A stretch of DNA of 63,738 bases, the filler included, from Hyphochytrium catenoides (taxonomy: Eukaryota; Protista; Hyphochytriomycota): NCBI GenBank assembly GCA_900088475.1. It is 5 parts of 5 records of this genome, joined end to end, with 100 filler letters (N's around TTAATTAATTAA, not from the genome) between each part and the next. Parts side by side here need not be neighbours in the genome. Positions count along the whole stretch, not along the records: positions 24,398 to 44,947 come from FLMG01004524.1; 4 more parts are not named here. One strand, given 5' to 3'. The position numbers and the translations under genes were made by a program. Below the pieces are notes generated by a model. That model saw only the letters and a list, made by a program, of their open reading frames with translations. It was not told the DNA's origin and searched no databases. This document shows, one piece after another, positions 24,298-38,488 of the stretch (position 1 is its first letter; each line of letters begins with the position of its first letter).

Positions 24298-24397
24298 NNN
24301 NNNNNNNNNNNNNNNNNNNNNNNNNNNNNNNNNNNNNNNNNTTAATTAATTAANNNNNNNNNNNNNNNNNNNNNNNNNNNNNNNNNNNNNNNNNNNN
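24298..24397. other. Artificial contig linker N44-TTAATTAATTAA-N44
   Basis: Six-frame stop linker, repeated identically four times in the window. Confidence 0.95.
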
Positions 24398-25268
24398 GAG
24401 AGAGAGAGAGAAGAGAAAGATATATATATACATTATTACCTGCTGATTGTGAACAAACTCGGTTGTGCTTCCTCTTCAGTCTTCCTCCTGGACTCGAAGG
24501 AATGAACTGTACAGTTGCCACTGCGCTCCCTCTCCCCAAAGTAGTTACCTCCTATTTTGTCATCTCTCTGTCTCGTATACTCTGGCCTTCTACCCCATCA
24601 TTCTAAGCTAAGGGTTCACACATCGTCAGCCCTCTGTCTAGCGGACTGTGTGATGCCGGTGATAACGGACAAAGATTCGTCTTTCGACTTGCGACCGAAC
24701 AGCCACCGACAGAACCTGCAATCTCGTCCACGAACACTTTGTGCGCACCATTTGGGAGTCATACCTGTTATGCCTCATTAGCGCTCAAAGCGCTCCGAAC
24801 ACGAACTGTTGCTGAAGCGAAAGAAAGTCCCAGACTTTGAGAGGAAGAAAAGAAGCAGAGAAGAAGATATATACCCGTGGAAGAGAGAAAGAGAAGGAAA
24901 ACAGAGAGAGGCACAAGGAAAGAGACCGGCGGGAGATCTAAGAGAGAAGAGAGGGCAGAAGAGGGGCGGGAGACAGAGAGAGAGAGAGAGAGAGAAGAGA
25001 CACAGAGAGAGAAGGGGGAGATGTATAGGATAGGTTCGCACTGAGCTGGCTGAAGTTCGCAAGGAGGAAATCAACGATGATTGCGGAAGGAAAGTGGATG
25101 ATAGTCTTTCCCGAAGCTTGAAGATTTGAGGAGTTCAGAGTCGACAGCGAAGTGAAGAGCTGCTGGGGTCGGGTTCTGTTCTGGACTCGATACCGTTTCC
25201 CAGCTGCCACTTTTCAGGTGCACCGGACCCGGTCGGCTGCCCATTAAATTGCCTGTGACGTTGCCGCG

Positions 25269-27761
25269 ATGAAAACCATGACGGATACAGAGAAGAGAAA
25301 GGCCAGAGACAAGTTCAGGGAGAATCTATCAGTATGTACCTCTTTCCCTAATGGAACAGAGGACCTAGTTGGAACAGAGAAAGGAGGAAAAGCCAAGACA
25401 GCGGAAGGGCGGTGTGCTGCTCTCAGCACTGTTGAATTAAGTCCTGCCACGCCCCTGCTTCAAACACCGTGCAGGCTTGAGAAGCAGGGCTCTTTGAACC
25501 TGCTGCCTTTGGAAAAGCGTGTGCATGGATACAATCTCCTGATGCTAATGTTTGTCGCAGACGTCATTATTGCCGTCACCACCATGGTAAGGACAAAGGA
25601 GTTGAGAAGTGGTGACATCGTATAGTAGCGGAGTTGAGGGTCCTAGGTTGGCTGAGCACCGGTTTCGAGTACATCTTAGTGATAGGGAGAGGTAACGTGC
25701 GCTATAGAGGTAAAGTGCACTCAGCCTGGCCGGGACTTACTCTCAAGGCAAAGAAAGACTTGTTGTTCCGAGCGGCTGTAGAGGTTGGAAGAATGGTCTT
25801 GGTTCTAATGAACGCTATCCCTGTAGGGTGGAGGTAACAGCTGGATCCAAATGGAAAGAGTAGGTTCTACCCTGAATGAGTACGACTTCCAGCGATCCGT
25901 CGCCTGTTTCGCCACCATCATCGCCAAGGTTATTGCAGGCTATACAATTAGCTACTTCGCCAGGAACAACATGATGGAAGAAGAGAGGTTTGGAATGAAC
26001 GATAGGCGTTCATCCGGTGAGTTTTGACATTTCCGATCATCTGGTCGCCCCTTCCGGGGCTTGGCTTCGCGTGGTCGACTTCTGATATAGAGGAGACGTT
26101 TCCCATTGACAGCTTTCTTCTTCTCACTCTGTATGTTTTTGTCATTTCGCAGCTTAATAAATTGTTATGTTTCCTACCGCCTTAAGACAGAACGGTTGCT
26201 CTTGGAACTCTCTACCACGTCTCCTATTGATCACTTACCTTGTTCTCCAGGGTTCAAGCTGCTAATTCTGATCACGATGATCTTCCAGCTGTTGACGGCG
26301 GTCCTCTTTATCATCTCTCCATTGCTCGGGCCTTGGGTCTTCTACCCAGCTAACATCTTCTGGGGATTGGACTTCTCGTCGGTAGTTATCATCACCTACT
26401 CAAACAAGGTAAGGAAGGAAGATAGAATCCTCTTTAACGCGCACAGTGCCTCTAGAGGCACCAATAACAGCTTCAATCTTCATCTTTTGAGGCACGTGCG
26501 CTCTCACAAAGCTTCCGTACCTTTATATTTTGTGTGGCTATCCTATCGCTGGCAACGCCTTCCTCCCCTTCTCTTCACTATTCTCTGTAGCGATCAGACC
26601 AAGCCTCTGCCACCTCTCCCTTTTGCACCCTTATCGCTCTTCTTGGGCAACTTTTGGACGAGCTAATCTGTCCTCACGTATAGTTCTCACGGTTCTTTAC
26701 TTTACCCGTTCGCCAGGTGCTGGACAAGGAGAATATATCCCAGTATTCCGCCCAGTGGTTTATCGCCTCAGGCATTGGAAGCATCAGTGGGAATCTTCTC
26801 AACATAGTCTTAGCAGCAACCCCAGCGATTCACATCTATGGCAATCTCTACCTCGATCACATCTCGGCCCCTGCGTTGGTGGGGCTCGTCCTCGTGGGCG
26901 TTCTCACCATTTATATCCTTAGGGATTTTGATGATAAAGGGCTTCACACGTGGGAAAGTGCCGAGGAGGAAGCCCAGGACTCTCTTCTTCATCTTTCCTC
27001 AGAGCCAGGCGATCCTCTGCCCCCGAAGCTCCTGATAGTGAGCATCACCTGCTTCAACATACTTGTGTTTGATCTACTGGCAGGAGCATCAGGGACCTTC
27101 TTCTACCCTTGGCTTCACAACCGGCTGGGCTGGCAAAGCGCAAAGATCAGCGCGATGACTCTATGTGTCTCTCTTTCCTGTATCATAGTCCTAACAGCCT
27201 TCAGCAAATTATCCGCCATATACAACTTCAAGAAGCTCAATGTGTGGCTCGCGTGTCAGGTAGGAGGAAGTGAAGTGTGGGAGACAGAGACAGGAATCAA
27301 ACAGTAAGAAAGAAGCGCGGCGACATTAACACTACTTCTTCTCATTGCAGATTGTTTTTCTCTTCGCTTTCGTCGGGATTATCCGCCAGGCGAATCAGTA
27401 CGAAGCTGTCCTCAGCCTTCTACTGGTAGGGACCGACTTCTCTACTCTTCTCGGATCGTCTTGCCCTCTGTCTAACTCCTATATGCCTGCTTAGATGTCA
27501 CTGGCATCCACAGTAGGTGGTTCTACCCTCCTCTCTTTCTACTCAGGCTTCATCAAGCTGCATCCAGGAAACAATGTCAAATTTCTTAGTATCTGGGAGG
27601 TGACAAGAGCCATTATCGCAGTCTTCGCGCCTACTTTGGCACCGCTCTTTTGGTGCTGCCGCTATACTTTGATGATTGGTGGCACAGTGGCTCTCGTCAT
27701 AGCTATGAAGCTGGGATTACTTATACGCTATAAAACAGCTAAGCTGGGAGATGACTTGTAA
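25269..27761 (+). CDS. MFS-type membrane transporter, multi-exon (start uncertain)
   Basis: In-frame exons: ...YNLLMLMFVADVIIAVTTM|GGGNSW...ACFATIIAKVIAGYTISYF...|GFKLLILITMIFQLLTAVLFII...TYSNK|VLDKENISQYSAQWFIASGIGSISGNLL... and further hydrophobic exons to the stop at 27761. About 12 TM segments with a central loop. Confidence 0.7.
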
Positions 27762-28566
27762 GAGCCGAATGGAGGCGCTGTATGTATAGAGCTAAGGACA
27801 ATATTCTAGCAATGAATAGAGTGTCTTTATCCATAGAAGTTGCCTAAAAGGCAGCGTTGAATGGCTTAGGACGACTGTGCAGCCACCTCTGTTAGTTTGC
27901 GGCGGCTAAGACCGTCATTCTTCTCTCAGACCCTCGCTAAGGAGAGCATCCAGTCCGAATGCAGATGTTGGCCTCCTGCCCATGAACGCCTACGGACGGG
28001 CGCTAGAGGAGCCGCATAGTAGTGATAACCTTGACAGAGTCTCTCTCTCTCTCTCTCCCGAACACTTTCTAAACTTTCTATAGTTATGGGAGCGAGGGCC
28101 TCTATCACAAGCGCCTTCCTTATGGCATCTCTTGTCCGCTGCGGCGGCACCTTGGTGATGATCTCTCTCGTCCCGATGTCCCTTCACGAGATGATTGTTG
28201 AGAGGAATGAAGATCAGAAGAAAGCTGCATGCTGACGGGAGTGATGTGGCGGGCAAGAGAGACGTTACCGGCCGTCAGAACCTTCCAACGAAACATTGCC
28301 ACGTTTCGGAAACAAATGGGCTTGTTTACTTTCCTGTGGTGGTGTGAGGAAAAGGCAGCCCACGCTGAAGATTGCTCCAGGGACGGATGAATCTTTCATA
28401 AGTCCACCTTGCAAGCCACAGAATCTTTCCTGATAGCCGGTAACGCTAAAAGGCTTACCCCTCTGGTTCCGACCTTCGACGTGCTTTTTCTCTCTCGCAC
28501 TCTCTCTTTTTCTCTCTGTCTCCTACTTTTTCTCTGTGTCTCTCCTATCTCCTCTCTTTCTCTCTC

Positions 28567-28644
<78 letters not shown>

Positions 28645-28939
28645 CCTCGCTCTCGCTTCTCGCTCTAAAGGCTTTGATACTTCTCACTCTCCTCTTTACT
28701 GTGCTCTCCGCTTTCTCACACACCACCTCTCTCGAACTACCTTTCTCTCTTTTCCATCCTCTCTTTCTTGCTGTTGCTGGTCCTTGCTATTGCCGACTGG
28801 CTCTGCGGTCTTTCTGAAAGCTCTCATCGCATCACATTCATATCTCCAATACTGTGCACCGCGCCCGAGAAGGAGAGTGCATCGGACTGGCGACTCTATT
28901 GAAAGCAGCAGAGATTGATACTAAGATTGGAAAGGGACC

Positions 28940-31900
28940 ATGAGCGCAGTGGAGAAGGAAGAAGGTAAGGCCAGTGCACGGACTCGTTGAAGCAACCATC
29001 GAAACTGTATCCTGCACTTAGCCGACAATCGCCTTAGAGTCTATCTCCATATCCATCATTCTCATTAGTCTTGCCGGTCTCCTCTACCAGTGGCTCCTCG
29101 TTGCGTTTGTACCTACTCATTTTTCGATACAACTGACCACGCTTCTGACTGGCTGCGTCAGCCGCAAGGCAGCAGCTAGAACAGACTTCCCTAAACAGCC
29201 AGGCTAATGGGGGAGAGGAGAGACAAGGAGGAGGAGGAAAGTCTAGGGTGAAGGCACGCCTTATCAAGTCTAGCGGGCCTTCGATAACAGGCGAAGGGGA
29301 CAAGAAGATCGGCGGGCCTTTCTCTGTCAGCCGCCATCCCGCTTTCATCTCCAAGAGGAAGGATGTGTTCGATCGCATCCTAGAGAAGAATAGAAAGGAG
29401 CTAGAGTGTGAGTTTCTGCACTTACCCTCTTCTCCTATCTCCAACACTTTTAGTCCTGCCCGCTACTTCCTCAGGGATCATTTCACTTCTTTATTCCATC
29501 ATTTATCTGGCAGATTGCCTCCATTTTCATAGTCATGGCCAACTAAGCCGTGGTCCTCATGTACTGGGTCTGTCTGCCCTTCCTCAGTACCCTACATGTC
29601 TCACATCTCCGCGTATATCTGACACACGCGTTCTGCTTGGAATTGCTCCTTACGTGTGACCCTACTCGCCCTTCCAGCCAAGCCGCGATTCCCCATCAAA
29701 GTCACTCTTCCAGATGGAGCCGTGAAGGAAGGCGTCGCGTGGGAGACCACTCCGCTCTCCATTGCCCTTAGCATTTCTAAGGGTTTGGCAGACAATGTTG
29801 TCGTCGCTAAGGTAATGGAGCTATCTGCGGACTCGCAACCTCCCCCCTTTTTGTTGCTTCGGATAGCCTCGCGTCGCCTCTTTATAAATCTCATCTCCGT
29901 TAACATCATTCATTCCTGTAGGTGCGGTACACAGCATCGGTTGAGAAGGAAGAAGGAATGGTAAATGCGGAAGAGGAACTTGAAGACCACGATCATCAGG
30001 AAGAAGAGGTAGGAAGAGAACTGTACCTATACTGGCGGAGGGCTACGAGGGTAGTACTCCGAGAGTGGGAGGAGTTAGGGTGCTCGCCTTTGCTCTTTCT
30101 CTGGTTGGACTTCTGATGCTCTCGTCCTCTTTGCTGTTAGAGTGAAGCAGAGCTGTGGGATCTGACCCGGCCGCTTATCGGAGATTGCGAAATGTCTCTC
30201 CTAAAGTTTGACGAACCTGAAGGCAAGATGACCTTCTGGCACTCTTCTGCGCACATTCTGGGTGCCTCACTTGAGGAGCTGAAGGGCTGCCATCTTACCA
30301 TTGGGCCACCGCTAGCCAACGGCTTCTACTATGACGGCTATATGGGCAGCGAGTAAGAACTGCATGTTCCTTGTCCTCCTTTTCCCATACCTCCGCCACC
30401 AGCTTGTTTTCCTTATCATGTAGTATGCAAGCTAGCTGATGGGAGTCTGGACTCTTCTCCTTAAGCTGTAGAGTAGCACCCTGCAGGCCTTCCTGTCAAT
30501 TCTACCGATACCACTGATGCCTCAACGTTACTAAGATGTTCTTGCACCAGGGCGATTCATGAGTCCGACTACAAAGAGCTGGAGGGAGTGGCCCAGAAAC
30601 TTTGCTCTTCGAAGCTTCCCTTCGAAAGACTCGTTCTTAGCAAGGAAGAGGCCCTAGAGGTACAGCACACCAATTTTGTTGGCTCAGCCAGCTCGTGCTG
30701 GCTCTCCGGCCGCCTGAACCTCCTCTTCCGGCCGCCTCTCTCGTAATGCTTTCCTTAAAGGTGTCTCTGTGCCGCACGCTTAAGGATTACCTTGCTTACT
30801 GCTATTATCCACCACTCTCCCTCACATGCTCGCTATACTTGGCTTCATGTCGGCAGTACCTCTTACTCGTACTTGTCGTGCGTTCTTCTTATGATTCTAC
30901 TTCCCTGTTGGCAGCTGTTTTCGGACAATCCTTTCAAAGTGCAACTCATCAAGAACAAGATCCCAGATGGCGCCAAGACTTCAGTGTACAAGTGCGGGGA
31001 CTTGGTCGACCTTTGCCGAGGTATTTGGCGCTAACTTCACGCTTTTCTGATCCTCTAGTACTTTAGAGACCCATTGACATTCAGTGAGCTAACTCCCATT
31101 CTGCCCTCAACGTTCATTACTGCCATGGCATTCCACCCTAACCAACCTTCTGTCAAAAGGCCCTCATCTGCCCAACACCGGCAAGATCAAGGCATTTGCG
31201 GTCATCAAGAATTCGTCGGCGTATTGGCTTGGTAATGCAGAAAATGACAGGTATGCCCTGACAAAGACAGAGCGGTTGAGGGTAGTGCCTCCCGTTGACG
31301 CGATTGACAGCACTTCGTTGCATGCTTTAAAGTAGTGCCTTGTCCTGTCTCTCTCTGTTCCTTGACTATATCCTTGTTCCCCCCTACGTGGGTGCGGTTC
31401 TCTGTTCCTTTTTCTCGGTTGTCTTAATAACATTGGCCTTGGTCCTGTTGCAGTCTACAAAGAGTCTACGGTATTGCATTCCCTGACAAGAAACAGTTGA
31501 AGGAATGGCAGCACTTTCAGGAGGAGGCTGCCAAGAGAGATCATAGAAGGATCGGGGTGCAGCAGGAGCTCTTCTTCTTCGACGACTTGTCTCCTGGCTC
31601 ATGCTTTATGCTTCCTCACGGTACCAGAGTGTACAATAAGCTCATGGACTTTATTCGGCAACAGTACAGGTAATGATCCAATTAGGACTGTGCAATTTAT
31701 GTCTTCATAGGTTATAAGCACGTACGAGAAGATGCGCGTCCATCTTCCAACGAGAACGAGCGTTTCCTTGAAAGTGCTACTCCCGCCGCATCACGGCTTG
31801 TCTGCGGTCCTATTCTACAATCGCCCAACGGCATCAACCCTCCATTGGCTCCTTCCTATCTATCAATACTCTTTGCGAAGCCTTCCACCACCCATTGACT

Positions 31901-34715
31901 TTCCTACCTACGTTCTTTCTTAGGGTTCGTGGCTACGACGAAGTCTCTAGTCCGAATATCTTTGACATGAAGTTGTGGGAGACCTCTGGACATGCTAAGC
32001 ACTACAAGGATGATATGTTCCTTTTTGATGTACGTATGGTTGATTCCTCGTTGTCCATTTCTCGACCTAGGTCTGGCCCTATGGTCAGTTTCTGCTGCAG
32101 TCTGCTAGCATGCAATCCCTAAGTGATGTCCTGCCCTAGGTTGAGAACAGAGTCTTTGGGCTGAAGCCGATGAACTGTCCTGGCCACTGCGTCATGTTTG
32201 ACCACCGCTTGAGATCCTATAAGGAATTGCCCATCCGGTTCGCCGATTTTGGGGTGAGTGAGAGCCCAACAAGCCTTGAGTCGCGCTATCTTTCTCTTCA
32301 AAGATTCGTCGTACTTGCTATGACGTTACTTTGAAAGTGGGTTCGACGCTTTTCCTTGCCCTGGCAGCTGTTAATCGCTTAGACCTCGTTGTTACCGTGT
32401 GGGTTGACCTCCGACTATCCATCCTTTCTTATGACTTCCAATAGGTTCTTCACCGGAATGAGATGAGCGGTGCGCTTTCAGGACTCACTCGCGTGCGCAG
32501 ATTCTGCCAGGATGACGCACATATCTTTTGCCGGAAGGATCAGGTGAGCAGGGCTCTCTGAGGAAGTGGCCAATCGTACCACCCCCGTTATCATGCGCAG
32601 ATGCCTCTAACAGCCTGCCCTTACCTTGGGATGTTGTTTAGATCAAGCAAGAAATCTTACAAATACTTGACTTTATCAAGTATGTCTATGGTGTCTTCGG
32701 AATGACCGTAAGTGAACCGCTGCTACTCTCTTAGGACCTCAGAATCCTATCTCTCCTTTCCCTCGCAGTTTCTGCTCGTTATGGCTGTCTTCTGGCCGTA
32801 ATAGACTTGCTGACATTGCTCATCGTTTCCTCTTGATCCCAGTATAAGCTAGAGCTCTCTACAAAGCCCGCCAAGGCCATGGGTGATCCTGCACTTTGGG
32901 TCATGGCTGAGCAGGTTTGTCCTTGTCAATTGCTCTTACTGTCACTCCACCGCGTTCCATTGTAACTCTTTCAATTCCTTGGTTTGCTCCGTGCAATCCC
33001 TTTCGTATGCCTCAAAAGTCCATTGTCTGATATAGTCGAATGGGCAGAGGCAGCCGCTACTAAGCTTCTGTTGCCTGTGGTCATGTCAAGTCTACCCTAA
33101 CCCAAAGCACCTCTCCTATCTTTTCTCGCTCATGTGTGACACAGCAACTAAAGGAAGCTCTTGATGAGACGGCAGGGCCAGGAAACTGGCGGGTCAATCC
33201 AGGCGATGGTGCGTTCTATGGCCCTAAAATCGATTTCAAGGTACATTTGCCATTAATTATGGGTGAAAAAATGGGCTTGGTGTTAGCAAGTGTAGGTAGC
33301 AAGAGACGAGGCCGTATGTGGCTGCTAGTCAGTATGCCTACAAACATAAGAGACCCAAGGGGAGAGTCCGGTTTACAGGCCTAACGACAAGCTACCAGGT
33401 AATGGACGCCCTCCAGCGCGTCCATCAGTGCGCCACCGTGCAGTTGGACTTCCAGCTGCCTATCAACTTCAAGCTAAAGTACCGAAGTGATAAGCAAGTG
33501 CAACACGAGGAGGGCGCGGACGGAGGAAGCGAAGATAGGTAAGAAAATGGCTAAACCTTTGTAGCTACCTTGGAAAATAGCTGGCATACTTTAGAAGTGC
33601 AATTAGCGAGGAATCTTAGCTATCAAAGCGAGAGCAAAAGGGAGTTGAGCTCAAGGGTGGAGTGACAAAAGAAAACCTGATGATGGCCACAGTTCTGATC
33701 CTCATATAAACCGCCCTTTTCTTCAACCTTTCCCTCCATCCCTTCGTCCGTCCATCCTTTACACTCCAGTGCCTTCGAGACTCCAGGTGAGATCCTTTTC
33801 ACTTTAATCGTTCGCCTGACAGATGAGCTGACCTGTTCGTTTCTTTTCCTCTCCCTTGCTTGACTGCTCATCAGTTATCGTACACCGCGCTGTTTTGGGA
33901 TCTGTGGAGCGGATGATGGCTGTGTTGATTGAACATTTTGGAGGGAAGTGGCCGTTCTGGCTCTCTCCTAGACAGGTAAATAGATGCGAAGTAGTGGACC
34001 AATCCTTCTTTTCTGTGTGCAGCGCCGGTGTTTTATGTTTTTTCTTGTGGGAATAGTGGTGAGGTTATCTCTTCTGTTACTTGTTTGGGCCTTTTAAATA
34101 GCTAGATGCATACCTGCAGGACCTTCGCTTCATCGAAGCTAATGCATTTGCTTGTTCTCTCGAAGGTCCGTGTCGTACCTGTCAGCGTAGCGAATGCGGA
34201 ATACGCTCGCGAAGTATACCGCAAAGTGTCTGCTGCTGGGTTCTATGCTGAGGTGGACGACTCCACTAAGACCCTAAACAAGAAGATTAGGGAGGGCCAG
34301 CTGGCACAGTTCAACTTTATTCTCGTTGTCGGTGCCAAAGAACAGGTACGCGAAAGGCATTGAAAGCTGAAAGAGGGCGCAAGCACCAGAAAGAGAAGAG
34401 GAGCATGCCTGTGAAGGAGGGAGAGAGAGTCAGAAGGGGAAGGAGACGGAGTGAATGAGAACCCTCATCCGTCCAGTGTAGCAAGGGCCCTGTGGCGAAC
34501 CTAGTCTTGGTAAACTGTTTGCTCAGGCGACGTATGCTATCTATTACCGCGATTTTCGAACCTTGGTTTCTCGTTCTTCCGTATCTTACTCCTATTTCCC
34601 TCTCTAGGAGGATGGATCTGTTAACATCCGTACCCGCGACAACCAAGTGCTTGGGGTCAAGCCACTTGATGAGACCCTTCAAATGTTCCACCAGCTGTCC
34701 GCAGAGTTCAAGTGA
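28940..34715 (+). CDS. TARS: Threonyl-tRNA synthetase (eukaryotic cytosolic type), many exons
   Basis: TGS domain (IKVTLPDG...WETTPLSIA), [95 protein letters not shown], anticodon-binding C-terminus; TGA at 34713-34715. Confidence 0.97.
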
Positions 34716-35454
34716 AGGCAGACAAATGGTCAAGAGCTTGGGAAAGAATGATAGGGACGTTTAGTAGAATGAACACCCTTCTAAACCGCGGTTCTGGGGC
34801 CACTATCTATCACGATAAGACGTAATGGGATTTGAACGACTCTTTCCTTATCTCTGGTGCGCTCTTCACAGTGGAGCCTTTTAGTTTTCATTTCACTCGT
34901 GGACTGAATGGACTTCCAGCCATGTTAGGGAAGCATGTACCATGATGTCAAAGCTACACGACGTCACAGGGCAGCCCTACTTTGTGACGCGCTGTAAGGA
35001 AGCTTTCGTGGACTTCCCTTAGGTGTACTTCCGCCAAGCTCATTCTAAGACGACCTATTGAAGATAACAAAGAGCGAGAAAAAGCGCAGAGCCGATCGCT
35101 GACCCAGCATTGAAAAACGGCTGCTGAGACTCGGGTATGGCATCATCCAGGCAAAGCAGAAGAGAAGAGATATCACAAAATAAGAGGCTATTTGCTTTCA
35201 GCGGTCTTAAGAAGCAATGGAGGGATGGCTGAGGCGTTTCTCGGAGGTGGTAGAGGCGATAACCACGGCAAGAGGTGCTTGCTAGGGAGAATAAAAGAGC
35301 TTCTGGGCTTGTAGAGCGTGCACCCTGTATATTCATCTCGCTTCGGGCATGCTGCCTCGGGCAAAGTTATAGTAGAAAGGTGGCTGCCACCATCACCGAT
35401 TCGGCACTCAACAGCTGTTTAAAGTATGGTGAGCTATGCCCTCTATCTCTTCTT

Positions 35455-38215
35455 CTACACTCCTTCTTGAGCTCCTCCTTTTGTCTCATCTCCTTGGTGA
35501 TCCTCACCGTCCCTTGCTACACCTCCCCGCGGTAGTTGAATGCACAAGAAGTCCGCAGCGGCATATACACAGACATTAGGGCCAAGGGTTTGATGTGCTT
35601 GAAGGAGGTCGGCGCCAAGAAGGTCTCTTGTGCTATCAAATCTGCCCAGAGGAAGGTAGACATTAGCGCTCAGCGGTCAATGCCTCCACTTACAGGTAAA
35701 AAGGTACCTGGCGCCGAAGTGAGTCAGGACTAAATGCTTTGTCCGCACTTTTCGAGCAAAGTCCGCAGCAATATTGGCGGTTGCATGCTGGCTTACTTGC
35801 GCCTTCGGACGACCAAAGTGGGGAACAATAGAAAACACGATTAGTTTTCTCCCGTTCTGTACAAGATGTATTAGATGGTATGAGAACTGACCCGTCTTGG
35901 CTGGCTGTTGGGCAATGTTGCCTCATGTATCACTAACTGCTCAGACAGCACATAGAAAGGGAAGAGAGCATGATATCAATACCTAAGTACTCACTAGGAT
36001 TGAACTGCAACATCAGTAGGGAAGACGAGACTGGGACCAAGAGCGGACAGGAGCAGGGGAAAGATGGCAGAGAAGACGACGCACAACTGAGGAGCCGAAG
36101 GTGTCTTAAAAGGCTTACATCAGCATCCAAAGAAAGTGGCACGGAGGACGAGGCATCGTACGTGTCTCCCAGAACCACTACCTTCCGTCCTTTGTGAGGC
36201 TTGCCGGTAACCTGAACCCAGAGAGGGAATGGCGAATATATGAGAATGGTGCTCTTCAAATTCTAGGCAGACCAGCACAGATGAGAAGCTTTGGAGAGGA
36301 CAGGATCCCCTTTGATAGAGCAAATGGAGTTGAGCAAGCCTCAGTAGGGGAGAAACCACTGACGCGGACTACGCCCTCGAAGTACGTGCGTTTGAGTCTA
36401 TGGAATGCCAGTTATGCAGTGGAGCTAAAGGAAAAAGGCACTAACCTCCTGTGGGTGAACCCACTCCCCTGAAGGTAACTGCACACTTTCCCCTTTCTTC
36501 AGCCGAGCGTAGTTTGGACCCGGATGCAACCCTCGCCTTTTAGCTGCTTCAACATCTAGCTTACCAGGTATGTCCTTCTCTTGCAAGACGTAGCTGGGAG
36601 GGACGAGAGCAAACGAATCCTTAGTAAGAAAAGAGTCAAAGAAGGGTCAATAAAAACCGAAACACGAGGACAGAGCCAGAAGAGTAGTTCTACATCTACA
36701 CCCTTAGTGATATTTACAAGAGGAGGTCAGAGAGACGGAGAGACGAATAAGGTAATGCATTGAATGAGAGAGTCAGTTCCCTCTCCTCACCCAAAAGTTG
36801 TCACAACGTGGTGTATCCGTGTGGCTTGGACCCGTAGGTCATCCTCTAGCTCCATCTCCCAGACCTGTGTCGTACCCTCCGGGCTACTCGGTCTTAGAAT
36901 ATGATGGCTGATCAGCTTGAAATAGATACAGCCAGAATCGTGGCAAAGAGACATTAGCGATAAGTCAGGCGAGGTTAGAGCAGCAGGATTTAAGTAGACC
37001 TGACGGGCGGTATCTCAGAAATAGGACAAGGCCAGATAACGGCTGAAGATGTTTAGGGGACTAATGTAGACATGACTGCAAGAACATACAAAGAATCTAG
37101 ATGAGTACCGCGACGCCAGAGGGAGCACGCTACACATAGCACTGTACGAATAAGAGCCAAAAGAGTTCTCTCGCTTTCCACCCCTAAGGCTTTACAAGAA
37201 TTCTCTATTACCTGATACGATTGAGACGGCGCTTCCTCCGTTGCGTGACTGGACCGGGAATGGAGTTCAATGATATCGATAGGAACTATGAGCTGACTTT
37301 CTGTGGACAACACCGAATTCACTAGAAAAGAGTAAAGTCCCGGCGGTCCATATATCTTGAGTCCCCGCTCGCAGTTTGCAGCTTCCATCGACTCGCGCTC
37401 TTGGTAGATGCTCCTTTGGCAGGTGAGAATGACGCCAAGTAGTCCCAGGACGTGGTCGCCGTGCATATGAGTAATCAAAATGTTCCTCAGCGCTGTAATG
37501 GATATTCGACTGCATCTCTGAAGCTGAACCTGAGTGCCTTCTCCACAATCTATCAGAACGGTGTGCTTTTCCATCCGAACTGCTACTGACGAGCTACCCC
37601 GATTGGGACCTATCAACGTTTGTTAGACAGTAAAGGCGAAACTATAAGAAAAGGTGGTCGGAAGATATAGCCCAAAGGCTACGAGGGATAGGTAGGGAAG
37701 TGAGAAGCGAGCCGGCAGCTGACAGCGACAGCAACCAAAGCCATCACGAGACGAGCACGTACACCCCCAAGATTACGCTGGGTGAGTATGGAGGAAGCTA
37801 AGGCGTAGAGATAATTGGGCGAGATGGTGTTACCAGGCGACCCAGCTCCAGTCCCAAGAAACACTACTTCCATGCCAGAGAAGTCCGGGTGTGCTGGACC
37901 TCCTTCTGCCTTGCTATGTGCGATGTAGCTCGGATAAGGATTGCCTCCAATGTGATAGCTTTCGAAGATTGAAGGCGCGACATTAACACTCACTCTAACT
38001 ACCTCATTGCCCTTCCTGCCCTCCGCATTAGTAGACAAGCTTGTCCAAGGGCCGTCTATGCTACGGAAACGATAAACAGAGGCGGAATAATGCTTCTTCG
38101 CCCATGCTACTGGGTAATTCCTGCGGGCGATAATTGGGTGAGCCCATCTTGAGGGGACTAAGCGAGATTCTGCGACCCCCCGGTACCCTGACAATGCCTC
38201 AAGGCAGCGCTTCAT
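35455..38215 (-). CDS. Ribonuclease Z, short form (rnz/ELAC1-like) with N-terminal targeting-like extension
   Basis: MEVVFLGTGAGSP, LIDCGEGTQ, ITHMHGDH (HxHxDH), IYGPPGL, exosite GLHPGPNYARLKKGE, VVLGDT, IHEAT, HAT, LTHFGAR, AAADF across GT-AG exons. Confidence 0.92.
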
Positions 38216-38426
38216 GGCGTTGCCCACCTCTTTTGAACTGAGGTCTTCGGAGTTCGTAGCGAACAGCAAGAGGGCTCCAGTCGCTAGCTAATGTCGGCCA
38301 CAGTCTTCCAGAGCTTTCTCGCTGCTCAAGGATGAAAAGCCCATCAATTCACACAGCTACTACTTACGCGCCTCAATCGGCATATCAGCTTCGACTGCTT
38401 TGTCACTGGGGAGGATTAGTTGAGGA

Positions 38427-38488
38427 GTGCCACAGCAGCAGCCCAAGCAGGAGCAAGCCAGTGCCACAGCAGCCCAAGCAGCAAGCCA
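38427..38488. repeat. Short tandem duplication (GTGCCACAGCAGC...AAGCCA x2)
   Basis: Visible in the divergent RNase Z/SmD1 intergenic region. Confidence 0.7.

Noticed and set aside
24342-24353. TTAATTAATTAA as a biological palindrome or piggyBac site
   Set aside because: Embedded symmetrically in Ns four times, so it is an assembly linker.
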